Shown here one piece after another: positions 54,201 through 64,000 of a DNA stretch of 64,000 nucleotides (position 1 is its first letter; the number at the start of each line of letters is the position of its first letter). Position numbers and translations under genes: made by a program. Origin of the DNA: Eledone cirrhosa. Lineage: Eukaryota. Below the pieces are notes generated by a model that saw only the letters and a list, made by a program, of their open reading frames with translations, was not told the origin of the DNA and made no database searches. The stretch spans positions 72,292,001 to 72,356,000 of the forward strand of contig OZ024743.1 of NCBI GenBank assembly GCA_964016885.1, in the 5' to 3' direction.

Positions 54201-54447
54201 ACTGACGATGTTGCAGTTGTGCAACGAAAGAAATTTGATAAACTATATATATGTGTTTGTGTCTATATTGTATCTGTATTATTTTTAACTGTTGCTCAGT
54301 CAATGGCAACATTGAGGACCGCATAAATTTGATTACCGATATAAAAGACACAGAAGCGAAAAGCGAAAACCAACCAAACAGTGAGTGTGTTCTGTTATTA
54401 ATTCTGGCAATATTACACAAATATGACCTTCCCCATGTATAACAATA
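51222..54447 (+). mobile_element. PLE family A, copy 5 (Asn-rich linker, RT, GIY-YIG, pLTR; disrupted)
   Basis: ORF pieces 51222-52484, 52490-53341 and 53390-53926 are homologous to 20300-22660. Confidence 0.93.
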
Positions 54448-54457
54448 TATATATATG

Positions 54458-55255
<798 letters not shown>

Positions 55256-55472
55256 AATATATAAAGAGTGAGAGAGAGAGAGAGAGAGAGAAAAAGAGAG
55301 AGATAGAGAGAGAAAGAGAGAGAAAGAGAGGTAATGTTAGCATTGATCAGTTTCCGTTAGTGTAATCAATTAATTAGATTATATGACTAGAATCTGCAAC
55401 TGCTTACAGTAGTCGAAATATTACATTTGGTAAATATTGTGGTAGTTCCACTACAAGTTTCAAGTGTAATAA

Positions 55473-55547
<75 letters not shown>

Positions 55548-55594
55548 TCCCTCCCCCCTCTCTCTATATCTATATATTTATTTTTAAAAAGGAT

Positions 55595-55678
55595 AATAAT
55601 TGTTTCTACTTTTGTCACAAGGCCAGCTTTATTTTATCGATCTCATAAGGATGAAAGGCAAAGTTAATCTCGACGGAT
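55595..55678 (-). mobile_element. SINE fragment (35990 family)
   Basis: Reverse complement of TTAACTTTGCCTTTCATCCTTA...GATAAAATAAAG...GGCCTTGTG.CAAAAGTAGAAACAATTATT. Confidence 0.7.
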
Positions 55679-55868
55679 TATAATGACGTTATTTTCCTTT
55701 TTTAAATGTAACTAGCTGTACGAAGGATTTCACACATTTTACAATATATGTATATATATATATCTGGTCATTCTTCCCTACATGTTTGGACCTGTTATTT
55801 TTATCTAAAGACATTTTTTCCCAATTCCAAACCGCCCGTCCTCTGAATCTCTTTTATTTCTCATTCTT

Positions 55869-55904
55869 TCTTCTGATGAAGGACTAGCGTCCGAAACCTT
55901 AAGA
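55869..55904 (+). ncRNA. Minimal hammerhead in an orphan pLTR between TA tracts
   Basis: TCTT-CTGATGA-A-GGAC TAGC GTCC-GAAA-CC-TT-AAGA. Confidence 0.65.
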
Positions 55905-55987
55905 CCCTCTTGCTGCTATATCAAGCGTTAACCTAATATATACCTTCCATATACTGTACCGATTGTTTTGTTATTTCTATTTACCTG

Positions 55988-56041
<54 letters not shown>

Positions 56042-56189
56042 CCGCAGCTAGTAAACAAGGACCAACACCCCACCCTCCCGCACCAAAATTAGACTTATCG
56101 TCCCCTACTTTTGCTCTTTACTCTCTTTACTCTTTGTTCTTGGGTGTTTGGTTGGTAGAGTCCATAACACCAATCAAACCCCTTTTATA

Positions 56190-56235
56190 GCTCTGATGAT
56201 CCTGCGGTTACACGAAAGGAAGAAACATTGTTAGC
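56190..56235 (+). ncRNA. Minimal hammerhead in an orphan pLTR between TA tracts
   Basis: GCT-CTGATGA-TCCT...AGGA-A-GAAA-CATTG-TT-AGC. Confidence 0.7.
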
Positions 56236-56276
56236 CAATACAAATCTTTTGATGTTGTAGACGCTCTTGTGTTCTT

Positions 56277-56322
<46 letters not shown>

Positions 56323-56791
56323 AAGGATACTATTTATGGTTATGTATATACTAAAACCTTTTATAGATATATATATTTTAAACCCTAAATAGTGAAAGAC
56401 AGTAATCTATTACTACCTTCTATATCATACATATAAAATACTATACAACCCTCATAATACTGTTGACTGCCCGCTTAAAGTGTTTATATTCCATATAACA
56501 CCTTACCGCACTATAATTTTATATAAATAGGACACGCGTGCATGCTCCACGTGTAACTAACTAACTTCTTCTAACTATCCTCATGCATCTTCTTCGTAAA
56601 CTGCCAATGTTGTATTATAACTTTAATTTTGTTGTGATTTTCTTTTAAATATGACTTTAATCTTTAAATGTAAACTGCCATGCTTAAATATTATAATGGA
56701 TGTCAACCCACTGTGCATCAATATATACATACGTTTCTGTATGTCTCTTGTGTTGAAAAGGAGGTCAAGTATGTAAATAATCATTGAAAAA

Positions 56792-56840
56792 TTGCTCCGA
56801 AGACTCCAAACCTCGGTTTAGAAGAAACCATTGTAAGCGA
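56792..56840 (+). ncRNA. Degenerate hammerhead (CCGAAGA core)
   Basis: TTGCT-CCGAAGA-...AAACC TC GGTTT...-GAAA-CCATTG-TA-AGCGA, then AATAAA. Confidence 0.5.
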
Positions 56841-56878
56841 ATAAATGATTTGAACAGAACTTTGATTCATGTAACTTC

Positions 56879-56933
<55 letters not shown>

Positions 56934-57335
56934 CGAAGGAACCAGGTCGACCATAATGTACCAGAGTACTCGACACTTAGGGTAGTAGAGTTGGTAACAG
57001 GAAAAGAATCAGGACCCCGAAGGCTGAGCACCGGCCGTTTCGACAGCTAGGTCTGTTTGTCAGACATGGAAGGAAATTTGAACTCTCCTCTCTAAATATG
57101 TATGTAAAAACTTATAATTTTTCTTCCCCTTTGTATTATTCGTATAAATATCCGCAGCTGAAAAAGCATATAATGCTGGAACCGGTATTATTAAAGCGAA
57201 AATATCTACTTTATAAATAAATGTTTTGATATCATACTGAAATAATTTTTTCAGTAATTTCTATTGAAAAAGTTTTTTTCCACTCTACTATTTGTTTTTA
57301 TATATATCAACTCGTGTGTTACTCTTCTTCATTCT

Positions 57336-57756
<421 letters not shown>

Positions 57757-57880
57757 GGATGCAGAAACCTTTTGCTTTCTGCTGCACCAATTAAATTAAG
57801 TTGCCTGTCATCGATATCAAAATGAACAGAAGTTTGCTATTTTAAATGGGAAAACCATTTCGTCCTCCCCTATTGCATTC

Positions 57881-57891
57881 TACTACTACTG

Positions 57892-57946
<55 letters not shown>

Positions 57947-57976
57947 CGCCGCCACTACCACCACCACTACTACTAC
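57881..57976. repeat. (ACT)n microsatellite
   Basis: Read directly from the sequence. Confidence 0.95.
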
Positions 57977-58387
57977 ATGTAGCATCGATTTAACTCTAAA
58001 TACAAGTCATAGCTCATTTGTTTTGATATTTTTTAGATTTTTCGCTTCCATTTTTGTTAAGGTGTGTTTTTGTAAAGAAGCCGGTTTTTTGACAGAAAAT
58101 TTCACTATAAAATTAGAGGAAAGCCATGACCCAATTTCGAGAGAAAATTAGAGAAACTGAGAAAAAAAACAACAAAAAAAAACACTTGTACTTCTCTCCA
58201 CTAAATTTTTTAACTTTGAAATATAATTGAATAATTTTAAAACATGTATGTTTAACTTTAAGAAAAAACCCTAAAAAATGATCACTAACGATATATAGAT
58301 GGATGGCGTTGGGTGGAAGTGTTAGGCGGCATTATGGGAAAGCATATTTAATAGGAGAGAGAGAGATTGAGAGAGAGGGAGAGAGAG

Positions 58388-58419
<32 letters not shown>

Positions 58420-59294
58420 ATTGAATGAAAGTTAAATGGAGTGACAAGGAGAGTAAATGGAGTGAAAAAGAGAGAATACGTGTGTTGGAGTAGATGAGTT
58501 AGAGGTGGTTAAAAGATTAGGAAATGAGAGAAAATATAGAAACATATTGACAGTAAGCTATATCTAATACCATATTGTATTTCATATCGTATAAATATTG
58601 TTTAGTATTTTTTATTATTTTAAGATAATTTTAACGTTGATTTTCTTGTCAAGAATCGAAACTCTATTGAATTCGTGCTGTATATACCCTTAGGGGTTAG
58701 TGGCAGAAATTCGATTCCTGATTGAATAGCTGACAGTATACCTACTATTTTTGTCATTTACAAAACAATTGTATTTGAAACAGATAAAAGTCCGTCCTAT
58801 AAAAATATTTTCAAAGAATTATTAAAACATTTCTGAATGTATTGTGAGTCCGTAGATGTATTTATATCGGTATGTATTTTGTTATAACCAATACAGTTCT
58901 TCCCTCTCATTCTGTGCAAGTATAAACTTCTGAATATATTGAATAAATTGACCGAAATATATAAGGATAGAAATATATTTTCTTTATTTGTTTGACCAAT
59001 TCTTGGCATCATTGTAATATTTTTACAGTTATTGTCAAATTTCGACACACAAAAGAAAATACATTTCATTGAAGGATTTAAAAAAGCGATATATTTTCTT
59101 ATAGCTGCAGGCAATATTTTGTAAATGCTTTTTCTTATTAATCGTCTATTATTCAGCTAATGTCACGAACAATATAATTAAGCAGCACAGTGTTAATTGC
59201 AAGGCCAAGGGGCAATAAGAATAAATGCCGTTTTGTATTGCAATTAGGATGCATTCAGGTTTTTCATTAAGTTTAATATATATATGCGTATCTG

Positions 59295-59339
<45 letters not shown>

Positions 59340-59368
59340 TGTGATCGTATGCCTATATATATTTATAT

Positions 59369-59430
59369 ATAAAATAAACTTCAAAATAATATGCTGAAAA
59401 GCAATATAATATGCTAAAGAGTGAAATCTT

Positions 59431-59501
<71 letters not shown>

Positions 59502-59560
59502 ATTTCACTCTTTAGCATATTATATTGCTTTTCACCATATTATTTTGAAGTTTATTTTAT
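59369..59560. repeat. (TA)n tract flanked by inverted arms of about 62 bp
   Basis: 59369-59430 mirrors 59499-59560 with one mismatch noticed. Confidence 0.9.
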
Positions 59561-60284
59561 TAGTATCCGATGAACAAAATTGGATTTCTGTAAGAGTGAA
59601 ATAAATTGTAACTGGCACTAGTACTGACGTGAATTAAGTGATAAATTTATTTGATTAAAACAAATAAAAGGAGAAATGTGACTTTCTAAATATATACCTA
59701 AAGCTAAGCTCAAGACATGTATTTCTTTTCAAGAAAGTGAACCTACAGTAATAAACATATGCGGGGATGGGGTTGGACATTTGCTTAAATTTTCATAAGC
59801 GGGTTGTTGGAATAAACGGAGGTGGTTTAAATTGGTAATTCTATATTGTATGTCCGTAATTAGGGGATTTCTTGTAATTTTCTTTTTTTAACGTAAAATA
59901 AAATCATCATTAAATTTTCAAGTTGTTGTATCAATAGGAATCATTGACAATTTCCTCGGAGATAGATTAGCAGAATATGATAATCAGCGGGGTTGGAAAA
60001 AATCTGAAAAATTAATAAGCGCGCGGGGGGGGGGGGGGCGATTATTCAAGACGGTGCCATCAATGTGGGAGTATAGTTATAAACTGGTATTAACTGCAAT
60101 CGTTTATAATACAGTTATGTCAACATGAACAATTCTTCCTAAAATTATTTTGGTCCATATATTATGGATTACAATATCAATTCTACAAAGACAACAGGAA
60201 AAGTCCATCACAGTCTGAACTTGTGACATAAAAGTAAATAATAGAGAGTGGTTACTTCTTCGTATGAGATGAACTGGCAGACTC

Positions 60285-60690
60285 GTTAGACCGTCAGATA
60301 GAATGCTTTGTGATAATCGTCTCAGCTTTCTGCTCTCTGAATTCAAATCCCACCGAGGTTAACTTTGCCTTTTATCCATTCGGGTTCGAGAGAAAAAGTG
60401 CCAATCTAGTTGTTGTTGTTGTTACAGCTCACACCTATGCAGCTATAGCTGGCCTCCTCCAAGGTATATCTCGTTGGAGGTGTCTTGGATGATTTAATGA
60501 TAGGGAACCCAGTCCTATCATCTCATTTCTACAGCTGAGTAAACTGGAGCAACGTGAAATAAAGTGTCTTGCTCAAGGAAACAACACATCTCCCGGTCCG
60601 AGAATTGAACTCACAACCTTCCGATTGCAAGCCCAATGCTCTAACCACTAAGCCATGTGCCTTCACAATCTAGAACTGGGGTCGATTTCT
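60285..60690 (+). mobile_element. SINE of the 35990 family interrupted by a second SINE
   Basis: GAATTCAAATCCCACCGAGGTTAACTTTGCC...; the sequence resumes as ACTGGGGTCGAT after 60673. Confidence 0.65.
60410..60665 (-). mobile_element. tRNA-derived SINE with a CORE-like block, (AAC)n tail and 8-bp TSD CAATCTAG
   Basis: A box TGGCTTAGTGG, B box GAGTTCAATTC, CCTTGAGCAAGACACTT; TSD at 60402-60409 and 60666-60673. Confidence 0.85.
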
Positions 60691-62107
60691 GATTTATATC
60701 TCTTCCTCACTTCCATTCTATCATTCTTTATCCTTCTCTTGGCGAAATCTTCTGCATGCTAAACTGGAGAAAAAATGGGCTGCACCAGGTTTTAAATTGC
60801 CCTAGAAACACAGTCCGTCAATACGGCGCCAATTCAGGATTTACTGGACCCTGTATTCATGTTTACTTCTGATATTTTCCTAAAAAAAACAACTATCCAA
60901 ATGACATGATTAAAAGCAAATATCACTATGTTACGACATTGTTGATAAAACAAAACTATGCTGAGTTCCATATCTAATCTTTCTTATGGAAACAACAATT
61001 TGATTTTTAATGTATATATTATTATATATATTTATTTTGAATATTTTTTTCGAAAACTTGTTTCTTCGTTCTGCACACTGATGTATGTTTTCATAACTCC
61101 TTCGTGAAAAATGAAGAAAAAATATTTGATGAAGTACATTGTCTGGTTGATTGATAGATTTCATTAATATTCGAAAATTAATATATTATTTCTTAAATAA
61201 AAACATCACTCCAAAATAGAAATTGATCGCAGCATTTGAAAGTAAAAGAAATAGTCACTTATGACTGTTGGATTGAAACTTTGATTTTTCTCCAAATAAG
61301 CGAGCTGAATCGGTGATATTTATATAGCTTTCATATATAATCCTAACTGCACAAATTCGCACATGAATTACGTACCAACACTTCTATTGAGATATTGTAA
61401 TATTATGACCGCGGTTTCGTACACACTGCATTTGTGACGATCTATCAATTTGTTGTTTTCCTGGAAATACTTTCATTCAAACGGCTTTGACAAAAGTCTT
61501 GAATAATAACAAAATCGTAAATATTCACAAATATAGAGAATTGTTTTTCAGATATATACATTTTCGATAGTATTTTCTACTGAACTATGAAAATGTCAGC
61601 TTTTCTTCGTGTATAAATTCGATTTCATCGTAAATATCATGCATCATATAATAAATATTTCCAGAGTAATATTTGTGTCTGCGGCAATAGACGGTTCAAT
61701 ACATTCTAGATGATCCCTAAAGGTTGGGATAAATCCGAAGTTTTATCTAAAATATCCGCGTTGAAATAAACATATATATACATCAAAAGACGGAAATTAT
61801 CTAACGAATCAGATGAAACGTTTTATAGGATTTTTATTGCTATGGATTTTAATCCTTCTTATGTGTTATGATTCTATTTATGTATTTTTTTCCTGTGTTT
61901 TCGTCCTTATTGTTTTCTCGCATCCTGTCCTTCGGCCTATATGGTTTCGATGGTCATAAATATTCAAACGTAGTTTCATGGGAGAAGATATAACGAGAAT
62001 AAAAGGGAAAGCTAGTAGAAATATCTGGAAGGTACATCTTACTATAGAGTAAAGCGTAGCTTTATTTATGTCGATATACTTAAACACATAGACACACACA
62101 TATATAT

Positions 62108-62224
<117 letters not shown>

Positions 62225-62519
62225 GGAGTGAGTGTGTGCATTTTTCTGCAACTGAGATCTTACCCTTCTTACTTTCTAAAAGGTCAGTTTTCAAAGAACG
62301 TTTGCCTACACTACAAATCAAAACTAAAATAACATAGATATCATTTTAACATGATAGCTCCTCTATTTCATAACATATGTAGACGATAATATGTTATTAC
62401 GTTTTGTTATTAAGCTTAATTAGATTAATCAATATCTTAGTTAATCTATTTTTTGCCAAAACCAAGTAGTTCATCATTGTTTTCTTAAATCTCTACTTCT
62501 CTTCGCATTTTATGAGGGA

Positions 62520-62945
62520 TGTAGTTCTAAAATCGAAATTGACCATCCTCAATTTGTACTCGTACAAAACCTTACCTATGGTCACAAATCGTAGGTAATG
62601 ACCGAAAGAATACGATCGCGAGTACTAGCTACCGAAATGCGGTTCATCGGAAAGGTCTTTGGAGACACGTTAGTGATAAAGTGCATAGCCCGGAGATCAG
62701 AGAGTCACTTCAGGTAGAGCCGCTATTTCTCCGATTTGAGAGAACAAAGCTTTTACAGAATTTACAGGGAAAACAAAACGACAAGAGATCTTGGGGCAGA
62801 CCTAGAACAAGATGGTTGAATATCATACATGATTTCGGCTGATTTCGCTTCGGGACCCAGCCAGATCAAATTGGAGACGGTTGCTTCTGCCAGGACCCGC
62901 TGGAAGGAGTGTTTGCAGATTCTGCCACCACTCCGAACACCCTAG

Positions 62946-62947
<2 letters not shown>
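62520..62947 (+). pseudogene. RTE-clade LINE 3' fragment followed by (TAA)n
   Basis: Translates as LTYGHKS*VMTERIRSRVLATEMRF, typical of an RTE/Expander C-terminus. Confidence 0.7.

Positions 62948-63008
<61 letters not shown>
62948..63008. repeat. (TAA)n microsatellite
   Basis: Read directly from the sequence. Confidence 0.97.
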
Positions 63009-63010
<2 letters not shown>

Positions 63011-64000
63011 TTTCTTTATTAACCACAAAGGTTTACATAAAGTAGACATTAAGGACAGTGCAGGACAATACAGGACGGTACAAATGGGCATTTCTGCGTG
63101 TAAAAAACAAAAACAGAGGATGTAACAAAAAATAACAATGAAAAATTCCCCAATATGGGGGAGACTTCGGAGGGACATTTGTGGAGAAAGCCCAGTAAAA
63201 GGCCAAAATGACCCTGACCACCAAGGCAAGTGCCCTCTCCCAGTTTTCCACCTTTAATTTACAGATATATACTCAGAGTAGGCCCATTCACTCGAGCCAT
63301 TCTTGCTTCTCTCACCCATCTTTCAACAAAATGCTGGGAAGAGAGCACTTCCCTCTCTACTCTGATTTTCCTTTTCAAATGAAATTTGAAAAAGTCAATC
63401 AGAGCATCACCGAAGAGGTAAGTGCTCGTCTTCAGCCCTTTCAAACGTGTCCACCATACTATATCTTTCGCCATGGCCACAAGACAGATAAAAACTGCCT
63501 GCCCTTCCTGGCTAAAGGAGGAGGGCGGGGCAATCCTCACGATGGACTCAGATGATAGCCGGATCCGTCCTAAACGCGACAGCAGGTGTTCGACATAAAC
63601 CCACAAGTCAGGAATTTTCGGACACTGCAAGAGTGCGTGCAGGACGGTTTCGTCGCCCTGCGCGCTTCTCGGACATGCCCGGCTGACGGCACCTCCTAGA
63701 GTTTATCCCGAACTGGCAAGGCTCCTCGGTAGCACTGCCAGGCCAGAGATTTCTGGAAGTTGTCCATAGGCCTTGGCCCGAAAGTTCTTCCGAAGAGATT
63801 GGCTAGTTGATTTTCGTCAACGCCTAGATTTTCCCCAAGTATGGCGTTGCACTTCCCCTCCACTAATCCTCTATAGAACGCCGAGGTGGAGTTTCCACCG
63901 ATCACATTGCCCGATTGGTCGAGGGCTGTGAGCGCCTGAAGACATTCCAGTCTTCAGGCGCTCCCTCTCGGTCTTCGCTTGACCCAGGACTGCAGCTCCG
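63009..64000 (-). mobile_element. Second Tx1-clade LINE, 3' end (sister subfamily of 5632-11431)
   Basis: ORFs 63259-63630 and 63696-63905 are homologous to 10558-11169 (MDNFQ.SLAWQ, LW.YVE.LLSR, FFKFHL..K.RVERE); ends AATAAAGAAATC|(ATT)n. Confidence 0.9.

Noticed and set aside
58560-62060. AT-rich region possibly derived from an old DNA transposon (repeated AGCGGG..TTGGAA near 59797-60000; knuckle-like KCSV at about 61410-61435 minus)
   Set aside because: Too degenerate; no transposase motif or terminal inverted repeat pair could be established by eye.

Overview
AT-rich eukaryotic repeat DNA. An invertebrate source, probably a cephalopod such as Octopus, is inferred from the SINE types and the dense (TA)n tracts; this was not verified. 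No host protein-coding gene can be supported. The window is a nest of retroelements: several families of Penelope-like elements (PLEs; RT plus GIY-YIG endonuclease; Naiad-like, Neptune-like and Poseidon-like), two L1/Tx1-clade LINEs sitting in (ATT)n, an RTE LINE fragment and tRNA-derived SINEs. Almost every PLE or PLE remnant is bounded by (TA)n. Reading both strands shows about 30 type-I hammerhead ribozyme (HHR) motifs in the pseudo-LTRs (pLTRs), roughly 20 well formed. They include U3-A8 core variants and forms with long stem-II inserts, and most are followed by AATAAA and often by a shared GAGYRC motif. Most insertions are head-to-head fold-back structures with an element 3' end at both outer edges. 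One junction carries a 4x reiterated 17-mer reminiscent of telomerase-like repeat addition. Several ORF-less ribozyme-only elements look like non-autonomous retrozyme-like units. All alignments and folds were done by eye.
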